Positions 27,824 to 42,153 of a DNA stretch of 64,000 bases are shown here, piece after piece. Positions within the stretch are counted from its first letter, which is position 1; every line of letters starts with the position of its first letter. The notes beneath the pieces were generated by a model that was given only the letters and a program-made list of their open reading frames with translations, was not told the DNA's origin and made no database searches. This DNA is from the human T2T-CHM13v2.0 reference genome, Homo sapiens, in the NCBI RefSeq assembly GCF_009914755.1, contig NC_060937.1; one strand, 5' to 3'. Made by a program: the position numbers and the translations under genes.

Positions 27824-30800
27824 CTGCAAGGGAAGAGTTGACGTCAGAGGTGCAATGCAAGTACACTTACCGACAACGCGCTGTTCTCCCTTACCCACCT
27901 GCAAGCTATCTTAAAACAAAAAATCAGTCATTTAAATTCTTGACCCCTTAACAGGAAACAACCTCTCCAGAACCAATTTCTGTGCAGGTCAAGCTAAACA
28001 AGAACTTAGCTATCTAACCAAGTAGTACTATACTACTTTACCTAATAAGGGCCTAACAACAAATATATGAAACAAAATATAATTGTATTTAAAAATTAAA
28101 TACAAAACATTTATTTTATAATAACGCAGTGCACTGAATAAATAGAAGCTCTACTTCATGGCTTTACAATTAGTTTGCCTGCTGTGCATGAAACATTTAC
28201 TATTCCCTGGCTCTCTGGAGATAAAGGTGACATTTCTTTAAGGAACCGACTGTGGCCTTACCGCCTGTGAGAAAGAGGAGCCTCGAGGGAGGTCAGCGAC
28301 GAGCTCAGACTCTCCTTTTATCCTTTAGGAGATCACACAGCCATCACCAGGCTGGAAGGTCACCACAGAGCACAGTTCTCTGCTCGCACTTTTAATTTTT
28401 TTGTTCAAAGACTATGGCAGCATATTGTTACACTAATGTATGTGATGGCTAAATCAGAGCTAGGCCCATCAGTGAGGTGATTACAAAAAGGCTTTATAAC
28501 ACGGGTCAGCTTGGACATGTTTTGTTACTGCTTCAAACGCCCTCAATGAGTTACCTCGATAACGAGATCAAGACTTGCTACGCATGCAGTTGTGTGAGAC
28601 ATCAGTCTTGCCTCTTCTCAAGACAGTAAAGAAGTGGAACTTAAGCCTCTTTATAGAGGTGTGTAAAAATAACAGTGGCAATGCATACTTTTTAAAAAAT
28701 ACTCTTTCTGTAAGTTAAAGATCAACTGACACCTTGCAGTTTTGCTCTCTTGGTTTAACACATGACAGCTTCGTCAGTAAAGAAAAGTGGGAGAGGAGGA
28801 GATAGAATTCTAAGCCTTATAAAAATGTAAATTCTTAAACAGACGATCAACTTATACAAGCATGAAATACATATGTGAATTGTATGAACGCTGTCTGAAG
28901 GCACAGATTCCACTAACAGGCAGCATCGCCATCCGACCCTGGCACCCGGTCTCCAGGGACGCGCCGTGCACTTGGGAAAGGAGGAGGACGTACTACAGAG
29001 AAGGACACCCTCACCTGCCCGGTGCCTGGGTCTCGGGAAGGGGCTAGAATTCTCGAACACAGAGGCTCAGGTGAGGGAGAGCCAGAGAGTTGTAAAGCAG
29101 ACAGTGATATACATTATATACCAGCACTCACCTAAATGAAATATATGGCAGCCAGTAACAAACGATGTTTAAAAAAATAAATTTCAAAAGACAAAAAAAG
29201 AACTTGCTTTCAAGGAGGCAGAAGAATTTTTAGTTAGGGATCATTGATGGCAGACTTAGACAATGCACCTTTCAGATGGAGAAAATTCATTTGTTAAAGA
29301 GAGGGATGACACACTGTCCCTCAGGCAATAAACAGGCAGGAGGTGGCAACCTAACCAACCAGAGCTCCAAAGGGCCCTCGTCCACATCCATGCACCGCCC
29401 AGCGACTCGCAAGGGAGCACACCCACTCAAGGGCTCAAGCGCCTCCCCTGCCAATGGCTATGACTGATGTATCAGAGGCATATCTAAGATTTACTTACAA
29501 AGTTTACAACTCTGCAAAGAATCCTCAGCGCTCCTTACATGGCTCCGCAGACAGTTAAACACAGTGAACTATAGCGTCCACAGTCATGAGATGCACTCTC
29601 AGCTCTAAGACCCTCAGAAGAGACCCAGCTGCCCTCAGACCTGTGACATCTGCCGAGCATCTGTCTCATGGGGCTCCTGTAGCACAGCGTGCACTCCACA
29701 TACCCCAAGTATCTTTCTTGCCATTAGGAATCTACAACACACAGATATGGTCAATGTGCATCCGAAGAATGGGTTCAGCTTTGAGGTTCATCTGAAATCC
29801 TAGAATTATGAGTGTACTTTTCCCTACTAAAACTATAAATACGGTCTAAGATTTCAAATCAAATAATACTCAAAACCCCTCAAACTACAATTCCTTTTCA
29901 ATGTAAAGGGGCATAATAAAGTGTTGTTTTAAGTGATGTTCAGCCGTGTTATGGTTTCGGTGAGATTCTAAGGACAGTAACCACCACTTGCACTCAACTT
30001 TAGGTTTTAACGCAGAGCTCAAATGAGAGGACTGTGTCTTACCCCACTGAAGTCACTGGACTGTAATGGAAAATCTATAGCCAGTCTTCCCTGGAGAATG
30101 GTGAGTATTTAAAACATTCTACAGGTGCACAGAGTGTACATATATTTGTCCTCAAGCTATTTCTCAGATGTGATTTGATTTCTTTCCAGTGCAGCAAAGT
30201 TATATGAAATAGTTTAGAAACCACTTGTGGAAGGTTTTTGTATTTTTATGTTAATATTATCACAGAACTCTGGTGGATCTTTTCATGGGAAAACAAATGG
30301 ACAAATTCTACAAGTCACATGCCACGACTCGCGGGTCTCACCCTGACATCCGATGTCTCCATCGACCCTTCCCCAGGTACATGCTCAGTGTGATCCTAAA
30401 ATTTAGCACTGCTGTGCACTTGTGCACAGTGAGCACAATCTGTTTTATTTTCTAGCCTTTTCAAGCAACTACCCAGGTTATACTTATTCATCCTGACCTC
30501 CTTCAGAGAAGGTTGAAGCTGAATGACAAAACTAGATTTCATCTAAAAATGAAAGGGGAAACTTCACCTGAAAGTTTACCGTCACCTAAAAATGCGAAGC
30601 AGGCTACTATCAGCACTTCCTCTGAGGGACTCTAGATTTGTTACAGAAGCATACAAATTTTTTGTGGCTATTCTCCATTTTCTAGCTCCTGCTGGGTGCT
30701 CTGTGGGTGACAGAAGCGGCTCAGTCCCATGAAAGCTCAGGTCTGTGCTGCTCTGCTCCGCCTGCATTTCTGAGGCTTCCTCCAGAATTCTTCTCAGGGT

Positions 30801-31679
30801 CAGTCAAGCCAGCAGCATCTGAGTAACATGCCGATTTTTCATGGCACGAATATGCTTTTGCTAACGTCTTCTACTTTTCACTGTTGCGCTATTTATGAAA
30901 CCAGGAATTTTTTTCTCCGGCTTCAAATCAGTCTGAAAGTAGATACACAGTGATTAGTGATTAAATCACTAATTCTATTTCAGAATCTCTTGATTTTCTT
31001 GAGTGTACAATTTCTCTGATTAATGTTCTAGATTCTTTAATGTCACACTGGGAAATAAAAATGCTACTGAATGGCCACAAAACAAAACAAACCCATCTAC
31101 CAAACAACACTGTCATGCAATGCTCAGTGTCAGCCTAAACTCCTGACATCCCACTCCAGCCCATCCCAGTGCTGCCTGGGGCCTTCCCCTTCTCTCCCTC
31201 ACTCCCAGCCTCAGCATCCCGCAGCCCTGGCCCCACCAGGTTTGCATTGCTTCGCTGTCATGGCTTTGGCTCTGCCTGTATCCCTCGTGCCCCCTAGTCA
31301 CTCCAAGCCCGCCTCTCCCTCCTAGCACACACTTAAAAGGCCAACCCGTATCCCCTCACTCTGAATCCATCTATTCCTCCTCTGTGATTTTCAGCCTCCC
31401 CCTCCTTCTCCATATCGGCATCTCAAACAGCCTTCCAACAAACAAAGCGTCTAACTTCGTTAGAAGTTTTGACTTTGATTTTGCCCAACTCTTCTGTAGT
31501 ATATCTTTAAATTTTCAGATGCCATATGGCAGCCCAGAAGGGGCCTGTTAGTTGAAAAGGTATCGTGCACCACGACAGACAGGTCTACAGCCCCCACCCC
31601 AACCCCATCTTCCTCCTAGCCACGGCACCCTGTGAGACTGCAGTTCCCACGCACTGATGTCCCTTCCACATTCCACTCC

Positions 31680-32500
31680 ACAACTTCAAGTATCATCCAG
31701 GCTGATGACATCTAAAATCTTTACCTCTAGTCTAGATCTATCTTAAGTTTAAGATCAGTCTGATTAATGGCCTCACAAGGTATCCTAAAAAATACTCAAA
31801 TTAGCGTATTTGAATGGAATCACTATCCCCCCCAAAGAAGCTCTTCCTCCAGTGCTCCCTGGGTGGTAAAAGATGCCACCACCCACCAGGTCCTCAAGTC
31901 AGAGACCCAGGTGCCACTGAGACTCCAACCACCTCCTGGCCTCCGTACACGCATCACCTGGTCCTGCTGGCGCCACAGCCCAAGTCTCCCTCAAATCCAT
32001 TCCCTTCCCTCCAGCCCCGCGGCTGCTGTAACCATAAAGGCCAACGTCACCGCACACGGATTATTACAACTGGCTGCCCTGCTAATCACCACGGTCGCGC
32101 CCCAGGTTCATTATTCTCAACTACCTGAATCCAGACCTTCAGGACGTGCTCGTGGCTGGGCTCTCCAGCCCCATGTTGCAGCACAGTCCCCCTCCACAGC
32201 TTAGCTGAACATGCTGCTCTCCTCCCCACTGACCCGAACAGCTCATCCTCACCTGTCAGGGGCCAGCCTGGACACCATCACCTCTGGAGCCTTCTGGAAT
32301 CACCCACGTCTGTCAGATGCCTCATTTAAACATTCCCATGCCACTTGGATTTTCCCGTATCGATTGACTGTAAGATCCTGTGTAAACATCTGTTCTGCCC
32401 TAATAGGCCATGAGCTGCTTGGCCACAGGGAGCTGGTTTGTCACCTTGTCACTGGGAGCCAGCAACAGGGAGCACTAAGTGGGCCCTCAATGATGATTTC
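31680..32500 (+). mobile_element. L2 fragments
   Basis: gctgatgacatctaaaatctttacctctag, tagactgtaagctc-like motif and ctcaatgatgatttcctgaaagaat end. Confidence 0.5.
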
Positions 32501-33704
32501 CTGAAAGAATGCGTGATGTTGACACTGGACGTCAGAGCAGGCAGTCTGCATTCCTCCAGATCTTGAGTACTCAAACTCACACCTTTCAAAAGGTTTCTAT
32601 AAGCAAGGTCAATTTAGCAACAATGTGAATATAGGTGTTCTTTCCTTTTACAGTCTTAAAGTACTACCAGCGAATACAGTTTTCCTTCTAGAAAAATCAT
32701 CTTTTATTGTGTCTACAATGAGTACGGAGGACAGTATCTTCAATGGTCTTCTTTTGAGACAAAGCCCCTTGACAGTGAGAGACATATGGTTGCTGCTGAG
32801 GACGCTGCTACTGAAAAGAAACCTCGTAAAACCATCCACATGACAGAAGTCTGAAATCCCTACAATATCACAATTATTTTTCTTTCCCAAATGAGAAATT
32901 AAACACTACAGGCAATAGTATTTCTGAACTTCTAACTACTCTAAGGCTGTAATGACTATGAACTCAATTCACAAGGCACAATTAGTCCTTTAGTTCCTAA
33001 AAAATTCCATTTACACCTGCCAACATGCCTAGGATCTCTTTACCCAGCACTCTGAAAATATATTTTAGGCACATGTTTTAAATGTGTTTTTATGGCTGAC
33101 CCACAAGTAACTATATAATTATAAGAATCCCAAAAGCAAAGCAACATTGGCAATAAGGTCCAATGAATACAGGATGCACATCTCCTGCAGGGCCGACGCC
33201 ACACTGGACGGCCGATACACAAAACTGGGCAGCCACTATCTCCTCCCGCTTGGGCAGCAGCTAAGTGCCAGGCTCTTCTGTAATTCTCCACTGACCCCTA
33301 AAGGCTGTCGAAAGAACTTCAAGTTTGACTCAAACACCGGCTCTTAAGGACTTGTTCAGGCACCTTCCGCCAGAACCCCCTCACATGCGGAGATGCCCCT
33401 ATAGATAGCATCGAGTACTGCTAAACATGATATTTGTTTTTTTTTAGAAAAGACCTTAAAACAATTTGTTCACAATTTCAAAATCACCTCCTCAACCCGT
33501 ATTTATGTATTTAAAAGTGACCTTACTGTATTTAAAAGTGACCTTATCAAAGTACCCATCTGATCTATTTTTCTCAAGACTAAGGATCCAGATGACATTT
33601 GTTAAGACCTAGGATTGTTTTCAAAGTCTCTAACCACCTTTGAGGATCTCATCCTTACATCATCGGCATTCCTGCTCTCCCAGGCAAGTAATCACGGCAA
33701 CAGT

Positions 33705-33900
33705 GAACTTGGGGGCACTCACCACAGGCAGGTGCTGTTCCAAGTACTTTCACTCAGACTTAATCCTGCAACACTAGGAAGTAAGTGCCGTCGCCACCTC
33801 ATCCCCCAGATGAGGAAACTGAGGCAGAAGATCAAGAAATCAGCTGAGGCCACACAGCCTCAGAGACAGGTGATGGGGTGGGGACTCCCCCAGGCAATGT
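33705..33900 (-). mobile_element. MIR
   Basis: cagatgaggaaactgaggcag core. Confidence 0.7.
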
Positions 33901-35223
33901 AGCTCTAGCACCAACGGCTCAGCTTAAAGTTTCCATCAATTGGAGCCAGGCACCTCCAATCTGTATTTGTATGTTTCACTAAGGATCCAAAAGACTTTTG
34001 TTAAGGATCTTTTGGCTCCTTAGTGAAACATATGAATGATGAGTGAAACATACAATGAAAACAGCAAGCACACCTCCTGCAGGGCCAAGGCCACACTGGA
34101 CAGTTGATACACATTAAGGATACAAAACACAGGATACAAAAACACAGATAGATACACAAAGAAATTTTTAAAGAGAAAAACTTCAACTCATCCTTTATCA
34201 TTCACTGAGTCTAAGACACTGTCATTTGTAAGATGAATCGTTATTATATGAATCATCAAGAAAGTAAAACAGTTGCCAGTCACACTGACAGACACCCTGA
34301 CCACAGTCCTGTGCGGGAAACACCCTCTGAACCCACCGCTCAGATGGGCCCCTCACAGGGCACTGCTGGCCCGCGGGCACCTGCCTTTCCTGGTAAGATA
34401 AAATCTGCGGTGCTGCTTTACATGGAAAAGTGGCATTTTGGTTCTTCTCTCAATAATAATTATGTGCTTCATGGATTTCAAATTTATGCTCCACTGCTAT
34501 TTCTACACCTTTCTGCAAACACAGCAACTTTTCATTTCAAAATAGAGCCAGGGTGGATCCAGGGTGTAATCTTTTTGAAGGCAATGAACCGCAGCTGGGC
34601 CGGTACTAAAGGCTGTGCTGCCGGAGCACAGAGCCCAGCTCCAGGATCCAAGAGGAGCTGGGGCCAGGTTTACGCAGCTGCAGGCCACAGGAGCCTGCAG
34701 CTCCACAGACTTTAAGACACATTGAGAACATGAAAGCAATGTGTATCTTAGAAGTGATACAATATGGTTAAAAGGAAAACCAAAAAAAAAATGTAGTATG
34801 AGCTATTAAACCTTCATTTACCTTATTATTCGATATATTGGGCCAAAACCAAATTTGGGCCAATCCAACCTTTTCAGATTCTGGGTCTCAGGCTGCTCTC
34901 CACTATACACTAGGGAGGTTTGACTGTGGTATCTCCGAAGTGCCTTCTACTTGAAAGCTTTCTAATTATAAGGGACCTGCTGGTTCAGATGTGGCCCCAC
35001 CAAGCTATTTCCACAGCCAGACACTGCTCTCCAATACCTACACAAGGAAGCACTTACTCAGACACTCGTTCTCTCGAAAGCACATTTCATTCAGTGGGAT
35101 TAGAAAAGATAAAGGAAAACCTGTAACTTATTATCATTACATTTTAGACAAGAAATAATTGAGTGTCTAGTGTACAAGCTCTAATTTTAAAATGTAGTAT
35201 TATTTACATCTCATTTTAAGCTA

Positions 35224-35851
<628 letters not shown>

Positions 35852-36909
35852 AGGTAAACGTAAATCTCCACTAACCACTGTTCCCTGAGAACTTCAGGGA
35901 CCATTTCAGAGAATTAACATTCTCTTAAGAGCCCTCTAAAAGCTGTCTAAACATTAATTTTTAATTTTTGTCTCAGATGAGTAAGTTAATGTCTTAAAAA
36001 CCAGAGGAAAACTAAGAAAGTGTTACTTCTGAATCAGACTTCTATTAGAACCTGACTACGTAAATTTCATCTTGATTCTTCATGAACGATGAACGCATCC
36101 TTGTTTTCCCTCAAGAACATAAGAGATCGATTTTATTTCTAATAAAGACCAAAAGCAAATTATTTCAATGCCACTGTTTTGAAAGAGGAAAGGGAGGGAA
36201 GCTGAGGGAGAAAGAAAAAGCCTCCATTCGTTCCCTCCCCACCCCACACAAAGGCTGAGAAAGAATACAGGCTCAGTTACCTGTATTGGTCCATTTCATT
36301 TTGTGAAATGTTATCTGAAACATGAATTTAGTTTCCAGTAGTAGAAATGTTTTTTAGATTAATTGACTCTAACAAACCATTTTAGTATTAGCCGCTGTGT
36401 TTTGTCCAGCTGACTGGCAAATACATAAAAAGCTGCTACCATCCAGGATTGGTAGAGGCGTGAAAAGCAGATCATCTTACATGAGGAATGGGTGGGATCT
36501 GCTTGGTAGATCATGATCAAAAACTCTTGCCCCCAGCAAAGCACTTTCACATGTAACTACTTTCTGCACACCATGAAGCAAGTTACTACTTTGATGAATA
36601 TTGCTAAAACACTAGGGTGATAACTGTTGATACTTTAAGTAAGACTAAGCTGTCCTCTGCATACCACGCCCATACAAGGCCCCGTGGCAGCTGTTGATGG
36701 GAGCTCTCTACAGGGTCTGTCTGTACTCTGCTTCAGATTTATCATTAGCAGGACATTTCTAACGCGCTGGATTAGCAAAATCAGCTAGTTGATTTCTGCT
36801 CATGAAGCTGCTTGGCCATGAACTACTTTAAAATACTTCTTTATTAAAGGTAAGAACACTGACACCCCAACAGAAACACAGGTAAAACAATTCCTGAAAA
36901 AGGAAATAT

Positions 36910-37451
36910 GGTAGTCCCCCACACAGTTTCTCTTTATGCTGTTTGTCACCTGCTGTCAACGGCAGTCCAGAAATAGCACATGGAAAATCCCAGAAATAAA
37001 CAATTCATAAGTTTTCAATTGAGCACCGTTCTGAGTAGTGATGAAATCTCACACCATCCTGCTCCAACCTAGCCAGGAAGTTAATCAACCCTTTGTCCAG
37101 CAAATTCATGGCGTATCCAACCCCCCGGTTAGTCACTCAGTAGCTGTCTCAGTTATCAGGTCAACAGATCACGAGAAAAACAGGTGAGCACAGTACGGTG
37201 AGATCTTTTGAGAGAGACATAACACCCACATAATGTTTGTAATAGTATGATGTTAAAATAATCCTATTTTGCCATTAGTTATTGCTGTTAATCACTTACT
37301 GTGCCTAACCTATAAGTTAAACTTTATCATAGGTAGGTACATATGGGGAAAAGCAGTATACGTAAGGTTTGATACTATCTGAGGTTTCAGGCATCCATGG
37401 GGTGGGGGGGAGGGTCTTAGAATATATCCCCTGTAGATAAAGGGAATACTA
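36910..37451. mobile_element. MER44B-like (Tigger7 family) element
   Basis: gtagtcccc... and ...gataaagggaatacta TIR-like ends; ccagaaataaacaattcataagtttt internal match. Confidence 0.75.
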
Positions 37452-37610
<159 letters not shown>

Positions 37611-39549
37611 TCACCCTCATCAATCATTTTAAAAGCATAACATTTAAAAAGCATAAAAGTTGAAATGAACTTCCATTTTCACCTATGAATTGACAATTTA
37701 TTTGAATTAATAGCCAATGTTAACAAAAACAGTGATACAGACAACTATCAACAATACAATCTGGGCTTACTGAGATATGAACTAAATTGGTACACTTTTC
37801 CCAAAAAGTGATCTGATAATATCAATAGAGTTAAAATATGAATACTTAGTAAGTAAACAGTCAAACTAAAATTCAAACTGTTAAGCAAGCAGTTCCACTT
37901 CTATCTATTCTCAAGAAATATTCAGAGGCATATAAAGTTGTATTTATAAAAACATGCATGGCATTATTTATATCGGCAAAAAATTGGAGGAAAAAACTAC
38001 ATGTCCAGGCAAAGAGAAATGATGAAATCATATGTACATGAGGTAATATCGTGCTATTAAAAATGGTTCAGAAAAAGTTTCAATAGCGAGGGGGAAGGAT
38101 CAGCAGAAGAAGCTGGAGTCAAACTCTGTGAAGCAGGATCCTAGCGATATAAATAAATTTTATAAATAATAAAATATGCATTTTCCCATACATAGAAAAC
38201 TGATCAAAAAATTTATTAGTTATCTCCAACTAGAAAACAAAACTCATTATTGATATTCAATACAATAAGAGAAGAGCAAATTGATACAGACGTTGCTAAA
38301 CTGATAATCAGATCAGAAAACTATATCGCAACCAGCCCATATTTCAAGTTGATAATGGAGCTCAGCCTTCACAGAGGCTTATTTTGACGTGTGACAATGA
38401 CAGCATCGGTTTGGCCTTGAATTGGTCTAAATCCACTACAAGAAAGATGCTGCCTCGTGAAGGGGGCAGCCAGGAACCGATCTACCTGGTGGTATTCATA
38501 AGAACACAGGGGGAAGGAGAAGTGCAGGCAAGTACACATCCAGTTAAAGCAACTGTGAGCAAGGGAATCCGCAACAGTGGCGAGAAGGACGGTGTGAAAC
38601 CATGGAGAAAGGAGACCCGCAGAGCCCCAGGCGTGCATGCAGCCCTCTCAGCACGGCCCTCCTCCCGCCTCCCGTCCAGTGGCAGCACATTCATAAGAAG
38701 GGTACCCTGCCCGCAGCCATCACTGCCTTTAAAAGAAAATCTCCCCTTTGCTTCCCTCTCAGCTAATTCAGAGGATTCCTACCATTCACTTCCCACTATA
38801 GTCAAATATCAACACCCAATAAAAACCGACAATTCTACATGTCAGTGTTGGCTCAGACAGGGAACTCCCTGCCCCACAGCCTTCGGCAGGGGTCACTATT
38901 CTGGATCTCTGGTAGCTGCTCAGGGACCAGCCTGTGAGCTGGTAAAGAAGCAGAGATCATGAACTGCTTTCTCCAAACAACTGCTCTCTTTTTATTCTTA
39001 ACAATTACTTTTCACCAAAGGATTAAAGGCATATACCATTTAGTTCTTCCTTAGAGACATACCTACTGAAATACTTTCTCAAAGGTTCTGACCAAATCAA
39101 TTTTATATAAAGACTTCAAAATTACTTGTAATTTAAGTCATTCAATGTTTATAACATTAAAATAATCTTGACTATCTGATACCTAAGAATTTTTACTATA
39201 GTTTTAGATTGTTTTAAATAATATATTCTCATGTTCTGGTTTATGGACAAAACAAAACATTAAAGAAATTCTCAAAAACAATTTAGTTAAAACACTGTAT
39301 GGATTTTAAATGAGTCAGTGATTTATTAAACTGTTTTCCTTAAAAATAGGCAATTTTTAAAAAGTATATATATGAACATTAGAATAAAAAATAAATGTGA
39401 TTTTAAAAGAAAGTTCGCCATCTGAAAAAAATATATAGCTGTCACCGTGAGTCTACCTTAACTTCTGCGGAGTTGCTGAAAACCGCACCCAGTGGGGGCT
39501 GGAGGCCGCTGGGAGTGTGTGCGGACCCGTGACCGTGCTGGGGGCTCAC

Positions 39550-39685
39550 CTGGCATGTTTCTCAGGAGCTTTGCATTGCACATGTGTCCCTTCCGTATGT
39601 CAGTGAGGATGTATTCCATCCGCTTCGCCCTCCAGAGGAAGTTAAATACTCTTAGGTAGTGGCTCATACATTCTCGAGTAAACAC
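39550..39685 (-). CDS. TUBGCP3: GCP3 exon ~17 ([45 protein letters not shown])
   Basis: tcccag|GTG...CCAG|gtgagc; 136 nt, phase 0-1. Confidence 0.97.
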
Positions 39686-40111
39686 CTGGGATAACAGCAG
39701 AAGACAAGTTGATAGTATTCCCACGTAAGAATCCTCTCAGTACAGGCCTCAATCTTTTTTTAAAAAGGTACATTTTAGCAAACTATCATAATAGGCAGCA
39801 TGCTAAGTAAAGTCACAGTAACAGAAGGCAGGCATTTTTATGCCAGTTGTACAGATGGGGAAACAGAGGCCTAATGTTACACAGCTTGCAGTTTATTAGG
39901 ATTTTCAATCCATTTTAGACTAGTCTAAACCTAGTCTAAAATGTGGACTCTTCACTACAACTCCCCCCAACCCGCCTGAGGGATCCGTGAGGCAGGGGTG
40001 CACTTTCTTCTGTAACAGTAGCTCCTAAGGGTGGTGAATCTCATGGAAGGTAGGCCTAGAAGAATCTCCCGTCTGAAAAGAATCCTTCAGGTTATTTTCA
40101 CCCATTTACTT

Positions 40112-40368
40112 TTATTTTGTTTTTTTGTTTGTTTGTTTGTTTTGAGATAAGAGTCTCACTCCGTCACCCAGGCTGGAGTGTAGTGGTGAGAACTCAGCTC
40201 ACTGCAACCTCCGCCTCCTGGGCTGAAGGGATTCTCATGCCTCAGCCTCCTGAGTAGCCATAATTACAGGTGTGTGCCACCATGCCCAGCTAATTTTTAT
40301 ATTTTTTAGGAGAGGTGTGTTTTTGCCATGTTAGCCAGGCTGGTCTCGAACTCCTGGCCTCGAGTGAT
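40112..40368 (-). mobile_element. 5'-truncated Alu
   Basis: Reverse-complement Alu with (TTTG)n tail. Confidence 0.9.
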
Positions 40369-40720
40369 AGATTTGCCTTTTTTAAATAAATCTATGATAT
40401 AAACTTTTTTCCTCGAGTCCTTCTACTAAAGTAGAGCTTTACAGACCTAAACATTCAACATTATTGCATTAGCAATTGTTTATGTACATGGCATGACAAC
40501 TTTGACACTCTTAATGAGATCTGTAATACTACGAAATAATTAATTATCTCTTATCTAGGCAATGTTCAGTTTACCTATTTGTCAAGGCACTCAGACTCTG
40601 TGAAATAATCGATGCAATTATCTGTACTATGGTATCTTTTATGCTATGAAAATAATACGTAATGTATGCAAATTAACAAGGCAGGAGATATGAAAGTTGC
40701 TAATTTAAATAATTTGTTAA

Positions 40721-41020
40721 GGCCGGGCACGGTGGCTCATGCCTATAATCCCAGCACTTTGGGAGGGAGGCAGGTGGATCACCTGAGGTCAGGAGTTTGA
40801 GACCAGCCTGGCCAATATGGTGAAACCCCATCTCTACTAAAAATACAAAAATTAGCCAGACATGGTGGCTTGTGCCTGTAATCCTAGCTACTTGGGAGGG
40901 TGAGGCAGGAGAATCGCTTGAATCTCAGAGGTGAAGGTTGCAGTGACCCAAGATTGTACCACTGCACTCCCAGCCTTGGTGACAGAGTGAGACTCTGTGT
41001 CAAAAATAAATTAAATAAAT
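40721..41020 (+). mobile_element. Alu (AluS-type) with 14-bp TSD AAATAATTTGTTAA
   Basis: TSD at 40707-40720 and 41021-41034. Confidence 0.95.
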
Positions 41021-42084
41021 AAATAATTTGTTAAAATATCACACTGCTTTTTGCATTGTAACTATTTTAAATTGTTTAGGATATAAGTCAAAAGAGAAAA
41101 AGCTAATTTGAATATGATGAGAAATTAAATTTAAGAGAAGTTATACACTTAAAATATAGTAGCTTTGATCAATAAAGGTTACACACCAGGAATTTATGTG
41201 TAAAAAGGAAATTGCACCAGCAGTTCCCATCTCACTGTAGACAGGAGAGACACACTTACCAGTGGCAGGTTTCTTACCCCCAAGAGGAAAGAGGGTGAGT
41301 GTGCCCTGATGCAATTATTGCAGCAGCGTGATATGCACCCTGAGAGGCGGGAAAACAGCACGAAGCAGGCTCTACCAGAACCACTGAGAAGAAATTTTAG
41401 AGCCCAACTATATTCCTTCTCAACAGAATACTTTTCCCAATACCTCAAAGAAATGCAATGTCCTTCTTCAGTATTTCAGATATAAAAATGACTGAAGTAA
41501 GTTTAGAGGGTATCTTGGTCAAGGAAATTTATTCAAGTCTGAATACTTTAAAAATGCGCACTAAAAAGAGGCATTTTAATTGCAGACATGTAAAAAGACA
41601 GCTTTCCTGGTCAGCCTTTTATAATGTGGTAACTGTTATGTAGGTAAAAGCACTATGAACAAAGTACAGCTGCTTCCTCATCGGTTTAAATGAATACTAA
41701 ATACCAAATTTTATCTAAGTAGTAAAAATATGATTCCCCTAAAATACACTTTATAGTTCCTTTCACATTATCCTTAACTAGTTGCCACAGTATAAGAATA
41801 ATGGAAGAAAATGAACAGTCCATTTATTAAGGAGTTGCTGAAACCTATGATAGAACAAATGATATTTTTAAGAATTTTTAAAATAATAGAGCATTTCAGT
41901 ACTCATTAATAATCATTTAAAACACACACACAATTTTGGCTTAAGTATTCATTCAATGAGTAGATCTTAGATGTCGAGTGATCACTTGAATTAGAAGTCC
42001 CCAGAGAAGAAAGCCAATTTCAAACAAAATGTTTAACAATCTTAATAGTTGTAAATACTATAAAATGATGCAGGATAATCTTAC

Positions 42085-42153
42085 AGTTGCAATTGGTCCG
42101 TCAACATGATAATCGAGGCTGAAGACATCCCATCCAGTGTCACCTGGAGAGAC
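42085..42153 (-). CDS. TUBGCP3: GCP3 exon ~16 ([23 protein letters not shown])
   Basis: tgttag|GTC...ACT|gtaaga; 69 nt, phase 0-0; contains the GWDVFSLDY family motif. Confidence 0.96.

Noticed and set aside
38384-38962. 192-aa + strand ORF (likewise 47346-47927 and 34233-34715)
   Set aside because: No recognisable domain, antisense intronic position, partly repeat-derived or non-ATG start; consistent with chance ORFs
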